From: Trichodelitschia bisporula
Lineage: Eukaryota
DNA: 64,000 bases
Assembly: GCA_010356995.1 (NCBI GenBank)
Contig: ML996699.1
Span: 589,697 to 653,696 of the forward strand
Reading direction: 5' to 3'
A program made the translations under genes and the position numbers. Below are positions 51,143-62,609 of this stretch, in pieces. Below the pieces are notes generated by a model. It saw nothing but the letters and a program-made list of their open reading frames with translations, had not been told where the DNA came from and searched no databases. The first letter of the stretch is position 1. Each line of letters starts with the position of its first letter.

Positions 51143-52407
51143 ATGAGCCTCCTCTTCTACATTACATGCTTTTTCTTTCTCCGAATTCCCCTCATCTTCG
51201 CACAGTGCGAGTGTGGCTTCTCCGTCAATGCCACCGACGCACCTCAACATGCTTTCTTCACCGATTCGCTCGTTACGGACTTCACGAAGGGCCTTCCACG
51301 AAGCGAATGGGTCGCTCAGAACTATAGTGTGCCTCACGACACCGAGTCTCGCGGTCCTTATGGCAAGAATGCGAGTGTGAGCAACGTTGTCGACACCCCC
51401 GACGGTGTACAGCTGTGGGTCCGCGCACCCGAGGGTAGCTCTGTCGGGATGGCTGAGCTCGTCTCTGCTCGCTATGACATGCACTACGGAAGCTTTCGTG
51501 CGCGCATGAAGTTGGCAAACACCAATGGGTCCTGCGGCTCTTTCTTTTTCGTAAGACTACCGCTGGGCCACACCACCTCAGTAACTGACGCGTCTAGTAC
51601 CACAACGACACTCAGGAGATCGACATGGAGTTCCTTTATAGAGAGTACAATCAGGCTGACGGCATGGTCAATTTGGTTATCCAGTCTCCAGAGTCGCAAG
51701 CTCAAGGCTATAATGCTCGCAACACTCCTGGTTTTGACCAACACCCGCTTCCATTCCGCCCTGACCTCGACTGGCATGAATACCGCTTCGATTGGACGCC
51801 ATCAGAGGTTGCATTCTATGGAGACAACTCCCTGCTTCACGTTATGACAGAGGCTATACCGAACACGCCTGGTAAACTGATGCTAAACCACTGGAGCAAC
51901 GGCGACCCCGGTTGGAGTGGCGGTCCTCCGGATGTGGACACGGCTTTCACTGTCTCACACCTACATGCTTACTTCAATTCGAGCGACTCCAAGCGACGCG
52001 CGGCGTACAAGAAGCGTTGTCCCAAAGTCGACCAGAGCAAGATCTGCATTATATCGGACGATATCACCAAGACCCAGGCGCCCTCGACCCCGGTTGGGAA
52101 GCCCTCGACATCACTGCTACCTCCTGGTTCTGAGTCTGATGGCGACGAGCGCAAGCCTTCGAAACTTGGACGCGATATCGGCATCGGTGCTGCCGTTGTC
52201 GTTGCCCTCGTCATCCTGGTAGGCATCGCCGCGACTAAGCACAAATGGAAGCCTATTCTCGACCAGCGCGTGCTCCCAGCGTTTTGCTGCGGGCGTCGTG
52301 CGTCGACCAAAGTCTCTTCTGAATCCTTTGAAGCGGACAAGGTGGAATCAGGAGAGTTTGAGCCTTCACTTCCGCAGGTGGAGCGGCGGGGACGGTCTCG
52401 TATCTAG
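51143..52407 (+). CDS. Glycoside hydrolase family 16 protein with signal peptide and C-terminal transmembrane helix, 2 exons
   Basis: Intron 51551-51597; YGSFRARMK, catalytic EIDME motif, WHEYRFDWTP and NHWSNGDPGWSGGPP. Confidence 0.9.
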
Positions 52408-52875
52408 CGTTTCTGTCGTACATGAGTCAAGCGTGTACCACTTCGGGTACGCCTTGGACGGAGCCTGTCATTATGCATAGCTATTGCGTTTGGGAGTTAC
52501 ACGGTTTGGGATCTCAGGACCAAGTGCCTGAGTTCTCCATCGGACTAACACGTTTGGAAAAAAACTCTCTTGGTTCTTGGGACTGGCTTGGGCTGTATTG
52601 GTATATCGGGCACGGCTACCTTGGGCATAGATTTGGCGTTGTGCTTCGTGGGGGAGATACCTTGGGGCATCGGGGGCGCGGTATTGAGGGCGTATGGCGT
52701 TACTGCACATGATACCTGGTAATCATAATGGTGTGGCGTTCAGAGTGCTGTGTTGCACGATGCTTGTGAATTACAATCTCCTACCAAACTCCTGACGCTG
52801 GTCAGCGCCCCTGATGTCCCGGCCTACAACGCCTCGGCTTCGCTTGTTGATGCTACACTTAACTGAGGACTAGTT

Positions 52876-53246
52876 CTACTTATCGCCCGGCTTCTGCGCC
52901 TGGATCGCAGCTTCGAGATTGTCTAGACGGCGAGACATGTCATCCACTAGCGAGACTTTAGTATACCGCACTAGAACAAGCGACTTTCTAAATCAAGAGA
53001 GTCGAAGATAGGAGGCTCACTCTTTCCCAGTAACTCGCTGCTGATGTTGGAGAACTTGGCCGACAACTGGCTGAGCAGTTCATCGACCACGGCGCTGAGC
53101 TCAGCGGTCGCCTTGTCTGGCTCACCGGCGGTATCGGGCTGGGTCTGGATTAGAGGAAGCTTGTTCACGGGTTCTGGGGGTGGGTTTACGAGGCTGTCAT
53201 CCAGCTTGACGGTTGACGCGGTTGAGGGGCGCTTGGGGTCGGCCAT
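52876..53246 (-). CDS. Heat shock factor binding protein 1 (HSBP1)-like, 2 exons
   Basis: Intron 53020-52947; spliced ELSAVVDELLSQLSAKFSNISSELLGKMDDMSRRLDNLEAAI. Confidence 0.88.
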
Positions 53247-53671
53247 GGTTGCTGGATGGGGTTCGCGGGATGGTTTTTGCGGGATCTGGAGGGTGAATTT
53301 GTATGATTTCTTTGGAAAATTTCTTGATCGAGGAGCCTGGTCAACGTTTGAATAAGCTCTCTGAAGGATTGATGTGGATTCGATGCTTGCCATGAACACG
53401 TGACGACGTGGATGCATCGCTGAATCGGGGTGGAGCGGTGGAGTAGTTTGCCAAGGCGCGGGCGGGGGCCAAGATTTCGAAATTTTGGGACGAGGCGCGC
53501 GGGAGGGCTGGGGGACTTTTTTACTTAGTCTGAACATTGAGATTTTGAGACTTGACTTTACGCTCTCTTCCCACTCAGGAGTTCAACTTTTGTCCGAGAC
53601 TTCTCTACTGCACTGTCTAGGTTGAGGCACGCTTCGCTGAATTCCTTTGTTTTGCACTGTAATCCGTCGCC

Positions 53672-55014
53672 ATGGGGAAGCCGAAGCTCAAGGCCGCGTT
53701 GGAGAATCTCAAGGGCGTCGATCACAAGCTGGAGAAGCAGAAGAAGTTGAGGAAAAAGGCTGAGAAGGAGAAGAAGGTGAAGCTGCAGCAGAAGGGAGGA
53801 TTGGAACCCGAGGAGGGGGATGATGCGGAGACCGGTGGTGTTGCGCTTGAGCCAAAGAAGAGTGTGAAGGGCAAGAAGAACGGCGAGAAGGCACCTGAGA
53901 AGCCTGCTGAGGATGAGCAATGGGAGACGGAGAGTGAGGAGGATGATGATAAGCCTCGGGTACGCCTTGGGGAGACATCGGGGTTTCAGTTACTGATCTG
54001 CTATAGTATGATCTCTCTCGCCTTGACGACTCCGATACTTCGGGGGATGATGAAGACTTCGCGGACGAGGACGGCGCCCCCGATGCCGAAGAGGAGGAAG
54101 ACGAGGATGACGAAGAGGAGCAAGAAGACATCGCCCTCTCAGACATCGAGTCTCTAGCCTCCGAAGACAAGGGCGACATCGTCCCCTACCAGCGCCTGAC
54201 AATCAACAACACCGCTGCCCTCCTCGCCGCCCACAAGCGCATCGCCCTCCCGCTCTCCAAACTCCCCTTCTCCGCCCACCACTCCGTCATCACCGCCGAG
54301 CCTGTCCAAATCGCCGACATCGACGACGACCTCAACCGCGAACTTGCCTTCTACGCTCAGTCCCTGTCCGCCGTGCGTAAGGCCCGCGCGCTGCTCAAAT
54401 CCGAGGGTGCGCCGTTTGCCCGGCCCGTCGACTACTTTGCTGAGATGGTTAAGTCGGACGAGCATATGGGCAAGGTCAAGGCAAGGCTGATTGAGGACGC
54501 TGCACGCAAGAAGGCGTCGGCTGAGGCGCGCCGCCAGCGTGATCTTAAGAAGTTCGGCAAGCAGGTGCAGGTTGCGAAGCAACAGGAACGCGACAAGGCG
54601 AAGCGGGAGACTGTCGAGAAGATCAACATACTGAAGCGGAGTACGCCCCCCCCCCCCTTCTTACGATGTTCATACTGATGGGTTATAGAACGCGCCGGTG
54701 CTGCCATTACGGCCGAGAACGAGCCGGACCAGTTCGACGTAGAGATTGAGGATGCGGCTGTTACGCACCGCAAGGATCGCGATGAACGCAAGAAGGGTGG
54801 CCCTGATAGGAGCGGCAAGTCGAATCCCAAGCGGAGAAAGAAGGATGAGAAGTTTGGGTTTGGGGGCAAGAAGCGGCATAACAAGAGCGGAGATGCGGAG
54901 AGTAGTGCTGATTTCCGCGGCTTCTCGCACGCGAAGATGAAGGGCAAGCCTCTGGGTGGTGCTAAGAAGGGTGGGCAGCGACCAGGCAAGGCGCGGAGAC
55001 AGAAGGCGTTCTAA
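53672..55014 (+). CDS. EBP2: rRNA-processing protein Ebp2, 3 exons
   Basis: Introns 53960-54006 and 54641-54688; DDLNRELAFYAQ, RPVDYFAEMVKSDEHM, RDLKKFGKQVQ, KFGFGGKKR and RPGKARR. Confidence 0.93.
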
Positions 55015-55240
55015 TCGGTGTATCGTTGAATGGATTTGAGGTCTGAAAGGGCTGATACCCAATGTATATCTTAGGGCTATGACGGTATTGGCATCGACCA
55101 CATGTGTAATTCCACCAAGCGTGTGCTTCAAGCCTAGATGTAGGGACAGCTTTGGAAGCTGTCCATAAGAGATGCATAAACCTAGGGTCATGACGCTACC
55201 CGAACTTTTCTTCTATCGTGTTGAAACCCCAGAGACCGCC

Positions 55241-58200
55241 TCACCGATCTAACCCATCCAGTTCTATCAGTTTACGCACCAGATCCATAAGCTCATCTCC
55301 CGTCGTATCAAGCCCCGGATCGTCCGCCTTCCTCGACAGCACATCATCTAGCATCCCCCGTAGCCGCGAGACAAGCACACCGATACGCGCCCACCCCCTA
55401 AGCCTAACCCAACCATCCACAATCAAGCCCCGGCCCAGTGTATCCAAGGCAATAGGTCCGGAGAACATCAGCAGCGAATACGCATTGAAAGCTATTCCCA
55501 TCAGCATCACCACACCCATCCGAAAGAAGTCCACTCACGCGTCAGATTCCGCACGAAAACCTTACTCGTCGCCACCTTCTCAAAATACGCCAGGAAGGCA
55601 CTACTCCCAGGAAAAGCCTGCGCGCCAAACACCGTGCTCGACGGATGCACAAACACGCGCCCACTATCTTGGGTGAAGAACTTAATCGTCCTAGCCTCGG
55701 GATCCAACTCCACGGCGCCCGCCATCCCGACCGCGAACTTCTTCTCCGGGAACTCGATCCGTGCGAGCTGCGGGTTGAATGCACCGGCAATGAGCGCGCG
55801 AATCAGCGCGTTATTCCCGTTCTGCGCATTGAGCGCCACGTCGGGGCCGGTGTTTCCCGCGCGGTACCCGAGCCGAAGGAAACCTATCTCCTTGAGTGCG
55901 TTCACGTACTGTGCCCGCGTGGAGTTGATGTCGTTCAAAGCGGAGAAGGATAGGAAATTCGCCTCGCACCACGTGCGTACCTCCCTGAACCCGGCGCGCG
56001 CACGCATCGCGCTCCACGCCTCAAACGCGCGTAGATCGGCAATAGCATCGCCGTGGCCCTGGCCGAAGGCCAACCGCGCCGCTTTGCTTTCCTCGCGCTT
56101 GGCCTGGGGAGAGACGAACGGGGGGCGCATGGTCAGCACCGCGGCAATAGTGAGACACGCCTCGAGACACGCAAACGTAGCGCCGTACACGAGGAGTTTG
56201 CCGCAGCGCAGGTCCGCGGGTATCATCGCGAGATGCCGCCCTAAGCCGGTAAGTGCATCGTCCGCGAGCGCGCCCATGCGGTGCAGGAGGTGAATTGCGC
56301 CGTCGACGGCACGGACGTCAGGAGGCGTGAGGGCGCCGGCGAGGAAAGCCGGCACGTTGGGCACGCCCATTGCCTTGACTGAGAGGCAGAGCTGCTCGAG
56401 CGGCACGCGGCGGATCTCGGGCTCGGGGCGCTCGGGCATTTTGGCCTCCGCGTTGCGCGTGTACAGCTTGTAGCAGGCGCCTTCGCGGACACGGCCCGCA
56501 CGGCCGCGGCGCTGTTTGCAGGCGGCGCGCGAGGCCCAGACTTCTTCCAGCTTGACCATGTTGTTTTGCGGATCGAAACTGGTTTCTTTGACGCGGCCGG
56601 TGTCGATCACGGCGACGACGTCTTCGATTGTGATTGAGGTTTCGGCGACGTTGGTTGAGGCGATTACTTTGCGGGTGCCTTTCGGCGCGGGGGGGAAGAC
56701 GCGGCGCTGCTCGTCTGGGAGGAGGGAGGCGTGGAGGGGGAGGGCGTGGATGTTGGGGATTTGGCGGAGGGCTTGGAGGGTGCGGTCGATTTCCATGGTT
56801 CCCGGGAGGAAGATTAGGATGGCGCCGTCTCGGTGCCCCAGTTCGGAGTCGATGGATCGGACGATGTGGGCGATCAGGTCGTAGTTGATCTTCATACCGA
56901 TGCCGCGAAGGGTCGCCATGAGCTGTTTCTGTAAGCCTTCGTCTTCAAGGTCGTCTTCTTCGTTGTGGCCGTTGTAGCCAGACATGCGGATGACGTCGTC
57001 AAGGTAGTAGTCGGTAACGGGATGCGTGCGTCCCTGGATCTCGATCCGGGCCACGGGTCCGACGCCGCGGAAATAGTTTTCGAAGATACCAGCGTCAAGT
57101 GTCGCGCTCATGAGAATGAGACGAAGGTCCCTCCGCTGGCTCAAGACATCGCGGAGGAGAATGAGGAGAAAATCAGTATCCAGACTGCGCTCATGAACCT
57201 CATCAACTACCACATGGCTGACGTCGGCGAGCGAAGCAACGACGTCTTCCGGCCGACCTCCAGAAGTCTGAAGCCGACGAAGCAGCACACCGGTTGTAAC
57301 GAAAGTGATTTTTGTCTCTCCAGGCCGGACCTTCGACTCACCGCGGATGATGTAGCCAACCTCTTCGCCCACGCGAGAGTATCGCTCCTCAGCAACACGG
57401 TCGGCGAGACCAAGAGCTGAGATACGACGCGGCTGTGTACAAATGATGTTTGCAGCTTCGCCCAGCCCTTTCTCTATTAGATCATCTAGTATAAACTGCA
57501 CCGACTGAGTCGATTTTCCGGAACCGGTTTCGCCAGAAATGATCGTAATCTGATGGTCTGCAACTGCGGTCACAATCGACTCCTGCAGGCTCCAGGCGGG
57601 AAGATTGCGCCGAACTGCGAGCATTTTTTGCTGCGGCGCCATCGTTTGTTTCTTCTTCCAGTCGTCAAACATGCGTTGGCTTTTGGGTGTGCCAATGGTC
57701 CAGTTCACAGGCCGGTGAGGGCGGCGGCTCGAGGTGACACCATTTGCAGGCTGAGCAGGCTTGACCTCGCCTGCTGCGGCAGCGGCGGACACATCCGTTA
57801 GTCTGCCGGGATTCTCGATGATGTCTGCCATATTATGCTCCAACCAGTCCACAATGTTAAAGAGCATTTGTTCGCCGAGGAACGCTACGTTGGCATACTC
57901 CAGTGCTTGCTTTAGAATGCTCAGGCGAATGTAAGCAGGCAATGCAGCATGTAAGGACAGGATTGGTAGGACGTTGGGATATGGGCCAGATGGTCTGCGG
58001 GCATGCAGACTGACCTGAACATTGACTCCTTCGGGCTGCAACCACAGTTGGAATGTGTCCTTGGAAGTGGGCTCGTAGCGTTCATCAAAGATGGATGTGA
58101 GAATCGTTTGCTCTTCGTCCCAGGCGTCCGGTTCACCGTCCGTTTCAGCCAACTCGCTCTCTGCGAGACCAGCTGCAATCTGGTCAACGTCATCGGTATG

Positions 58201-59488
58201 CTCGAGAAACCGGTTCTGCAGCAAGGCAGCTGCTCTCCCTTCATCTCCTTTGCAGCTATCCAACGCTTCTTCGCACAAATCCGCAGCATATCCGGCTTCA
58301 GAGAGTCTCTTGATCATTCCCTCTCGCTTCATATCTGAACTCGCCATGCTGATCCCGGCCACGTAGTTTTCTGGAAGACTCCACCCAGGAAGGTCGTCCT
58401 CAGGGACATGGATAAGGAGCCACTCCAGAATCTCCTCCTTGTCTTTGCAGAGTTCGGCAGCTTCCTCCACATGGCTTTTACGGAATCCAAGAGTTGTGAC
58501 GTCTGCAATGATATCTTGTTTTCCTTTCGCTGACATCTGCAGTGAATTCTGATTCCATACGGACCGCTCCCGAATGAGTCGCTCCACTTGAATCCGGGTG
58601 CGCTTTCCCATGTCAACGGTAGGTGCCTTTGACCAGCCTTTGCTGCGGTTGCTGTGGGAGCTACTGGAGGCAGCAACGCCAACTCCTGGTTGAGGTGGCA
58701 AAGCTTGCTCTTTGGCCTTTTGCTTCTCAATCTCTGCCCGCTTCTTGGCTGCTGCGGCAATATTGGCTTCTCGTTCCCTGTGAGCATTGAAAGGATCCGC
58801 TTCGTATATCCAAGCTTTGCCTTGTGCAACATCTTCCTTCTTGATGTCTGCAAAGATTCCCTTCCAAAGATCTCGATACTTCGGGGGCATCATCATGTGG
58901 AGGTTTTGCATGCTGCACATCCTGAACAGCGCGTAGGCGGCCGCAAAATGCCGAGCCTCCACAGCTGTTGTCTCCGCCGCCACTTCGTCATGCTCACGTG
59001 GAAATTTAAACGGAGGCAGAACCGTGGTCTCTCTAGTCTTGGGATTAGTAGCTTTGAGAATGACGCCAGAGATGAATCCCGCAGGAGTTTTGATCTGTGG
59101 CCACGATTAGACGAGAAAAAGCAATCACCTTGATTCATGGCAAAAGAACTTGACAAACCATCGTATATTCCGGTTTCTCCCATTTCTGCTTCTGACACCG
59201 CTCCGACAAGATGGCTACAGGAAGCTTTCCTGTCCAGCTAGCACCTCCGATGAGGGTGCGGGTGTCCGGCTTCTTAGGCGCCTCCTCGGCTGGCGGAGCA
59301 TCCTTTGCAGGTCCCTTGCCTTTGCCTTTGGAACTTTCGTCTGCGGTCTCTTCAGCAGCCGGCTTTTTCGCCTTTCGAGGCTCGTCTTTTGAATTTGTAA
59401 ACACAATATTGCTGCCGTCGTCCGGCTCGACGACGCTCTTTGCGGGCCGCTTATTTTGGTTACCCCGTGGGGGATGTCCTCTGGCCAT
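55241..59488 (-). CDS. DEAH-box RNA helicase, DHX57/Ucp12/YLR419W-like (UBA and RWD-like N-terminal region), 3 exons
   Basis: Introns 59158-59095 and 55538-55492; GETGSGKST, TQPRRISA, DEVHER, MSAT, STNVAETSITI and QRRGRAGR motifs. Confidence 0.92.
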
Positions 59489-59785
59489 GGTTAAAAGAGA
59501 GAATGGGATTTGAACCTTCAGCCATGTATGAGTCCAGGTCGGGTGTGGTGGAGCAAAACTTATATCACGGTCGTGGCGGTGTCTGTTTTCAGGGTTACGT
59601 AGGGCTGAATAGGGCTGTTTGCCAAGGGTGGCGCTTGCTTCCGCCACTGGGAGCTGTGACGACTTCCCAAGCTCCGGAGATGTGATGTGATGCTTGCGGC
59701 GTTCGGCTCGCGTTTGAATTTTGGACTTGTACACAGAATATACCTGGCGTTCACGTCTCATTGTCAATTTTATAGTCACCCAGCC

Positions 59786-60658
59786 ATGTCACAGCCCCAA
59801 GAGACCTCGGAAGATGCCATCACAGCGGAGGAAATGACCGGTGAAGCGTTCCCCAGGCAAACCTCAAAGCCGCGGAATGCCTGTAAGCTTCCAGAGATCT
59901 GGTCTTCGTATCAACTGACTCATCCAGTTACCGAACTGATGTCGGCAACGAAACCTCACCGCCCCCGAAGCACAAAAACTCCCTCAGGGAAGACCTACGC
60001 CGGCCGGGACGGCCTGCTAGCCTACATCCTCGAGCCAGAATCCTTCCCAGCCTCACGCGTAATCTCCTACGATGATGACTGGGTCCTAATTCACGACCTG
60101 TATCCCAAAGCCTCGGTGCACCTCCTCCTCATGCCGCGCAACAAGCGCTTCTACTCCCAACACCCAGTCGAAGCCTTTCGCGACCCCACCTTCCTCACCG
60201 CGGCGAAGGAAGAAACAGCCAAAGCCGAGCGGCTGGCCGCATCGGAGCTAAGGCGCATCTACGGGCCGGGGTCGCGTGCAGAGCAGGCGCGGATAAAGGC
60301 CATGGAGGCGGATGAGCCACCCCCACCGGAGGAACTGCCAGAGGGCCGAGACTGGGCTGCTGCAATCTTGAGCGGCATACATGCGCATCCTTCCATGAGC
60401 CACCTGCACATACATATCATCTCCGAAGACCGGTATTCGGAATGCTTGCGGCATCGAAAGCATTATAATAGTTTTGCCACACCGTTTCTCGTTCGTCTTA
60501 ACGAGTTTCCGCTTAGTACGAACGATCCGCGTCGCGGGAAGGTAAACTTCCTAGCCCATGATATGCAGTGCTGGCGCTGTGGGAAGAACTTCGAGAACAA
60601 GTTTGCAGCGTTGAAGAGGCACTTGGAAGAGGAGTTACAGGAGTGGAAGAAGGAATAG
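59786..60658 (+). CDS. HNT3: Aprataxin-like HIT/zinc-finger DNA 5'-adenylate hydrolase, 2 exons
   Basis: Intron 59883-59927 gives RNAFTELMS; DLYPKASVHLLL, HAHPSMSHLHIHII, HRKHYNSF and CWRC...LKRHLEEE. An in-frame upstream ATG lies at 59690. Confidence 0.9.
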   Translation: MSQPQETSEDAITAEEMTGEAFPRQTSKPRNACKLPEIWSSYQLTHPVTELMSATKPHRPRSTKTPSGKTYAGRDGLLAYILEPESFPASRVISYDDDWVLIHDLYPKASVHLLLMPRNKRFYSQHPVEAFRDPTFLTAAKEETAKAERLAASELRRIYGPGSRAEQARIKAMEADEPPPPEELPEGRDWAAAILSGIHAHPSMSHLHIHIISEDRYSECLRHRKHYNSFATPFLVRLNEFPLSTNDPRRGKVNFLAHDMQCWRCGKNFENKFAALKRHLEEELQEWKKE

Positions 60659-60838
60659 GGATCAACAGCATGAATGTAGAATGAATAATGAAGGTCCATT
60701 GTAACATTGCAGCCTGCGGATTATGTAGTGTACAATGACAGAGCTTTTTTCCACCAAAGGATTGGCTTACAAATCCCATAACCGCTCGCGTGTCTAACCA
60801 TGAGTCGAGTACCCAACAGGCTATTCGAACCACTTCAT

Positions 60839-61757
60839 CTACGGCTTAGTCTTGTTCTTGGGCGTGTTACGGCGCTTCGCATCGGGGCGCTGCAGGTGCT
60901 GCGCAGGGATCCAGCTCTCGTCGTACGCCTTCGCACCAGTGGTGACAGCGGGCCCATCCGCGCCAGCGACAGAGACCTGGTCAGCGGGATCGACACGCTT
61001 AGCACCGGATGTAGATTTCTTCGCACGCTCGCCGCCCTTGCCGCCGCGACGGGTCTGGGGGAAGAGGGTTTTGATCCAAGTGCTGTAGACAAAGTAGCCG
61101 ATTCCACCGAAGACCGCAGCGAGAAAGAGGTACAGGAAGATGCTGGAATTTGTTAGGCCAATAACCAAAGTTTTAGCAAAGAAGCTTACATCTGCGGGTC
61201 GAAGATCGAGATGGGAGCTTCGACCACGCTGACAGTGGCATTATAGGCCGGAACTTGGAAGGGGCGGTTCTGTGCATCGAGGACGATGGCCGCCAACGAT
61301 AGGCGCAAGTCCTGCGGGTGAAGGTCGGTGGTGAAGTCATACGTCAGGGACTCGTTTTGGCCGGCCGGCACCTCAATGTTGTAGTTACGCGACGTGAGGT
61401 TGCGCACTACCTCGCTGTTAGGATCCTGAGACCACAGAGAGCCGCCAACTACGCGGATGCTGATGGGTGCAGGCTCGTTGTTCACGACGGAAAGAACGGC
61501 CTGGGTCGCGTGTCCGTTGACAAGCTTCACGCCAAATATCTCAGAGTTCGGGAATGTGGCGCTGATCTTAACGGCCAAGTTGAGAGGCACATTAGGCGAC
61601 TGGGCAGTTCCCTCGCCATTGGGAGTGTTCTTGCGAGCAGTCAGATATGCCGCATATCTGCAGCAGAAGCTTGGGGAAGGCGTACCTCGACTTCAATTGC
61701 TGCACGGCATGCCTGCAGAGAGAGGAGTCCCAGTGCGATTGCCTTGACGAGACCCAT
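60839..61757 (-). CDS. Signal sequence receptor alpha / Irc22-like ER membrane protein, 3 exons
   Basis: Signal peptide; introns 61685-61630 and 61189-61143; FGVKLVNG, VVRNLT, TVSVVEAPISIFDPQIIFLYLFL and YDESWIPAQHL. Confidence 0.85.
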
Positions 61758-62609
61758 GGTGGCCAAAAGAAGTGGTCGAGAAGAGACGCGGAAAGTATTG
61801 GTATGGGTTGGTAAAGAAGGAGGTCAATTAGAGGAGTAGAGCTTCGAGGTGAGAGAGGGAGCTTCGTGACGGAATTGTGCTCCTCTGGGCAAAGGTGGCA
61901 TTTCCCGTCAGCTAGGCTGCCAGGCTAGCTCCGTACCTGTAATTGGGTGGATCCTTACCATTTCTCAGAGGGGACTAGCGGAGTGCATGGTACCAGGTTC
62001 AAAATCGACTACGCCGTATACCGTATATGTGGAGAGCTTGAGCATCTCCATCGCAAGACATCCAAGCCGATGCTTCATGTGAACCTAGTAACTTGTGCCC
62101 TTACAGTACTAGAATACTCCATTGAAAACGTGAAGTTTCCCACTGCCAGTGTCACTTTCCTCCCTCGGTGCCGAGAAAACGCCGATCGGCGGCGCAGACC
62201 CGACTCCGAAAGGTCCCCTTCAACGTTCTCCAACACTTTCTCCGCCATCAATCCATCATCAAGACGTCCAACACTTAGCGATTTTCTTCATCCACTATCC
62301 ACCCCGCCGCCTGGTCATTTTGTACGGTTCAAAGCTGTACACCCTGCGCGTACATCTCGCAGTCATCTCAGAGACTCCAGCTTAATTCTCGATATTCGGA
62401 ACCGCAAAAGCCCCCCAACTTCTAATTCACGGGTTTTCCATTGGCACCACGAGTGACGCGATGGATTCTGCTTTGCAACAGTAAATAAATACTTCAAATC
62501 CCCGCTTTCGTTCTTCTATTCTGAAGCTCTCGTTGCTTCCTTACTTTTCTCTCCCCTCCTTCCCCTTCATCTCTCTGCTCTTTTTCTTTCCCCCCTCGCT
62601 TGGTTCATA

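Noticed and set aside
59489..59779. Upstream open-frame extensions of the helicase (also HSBP1, 53247-53537)
   Set aside because: They run through short divergent promoter regions, and the downstream ATGs have better context.
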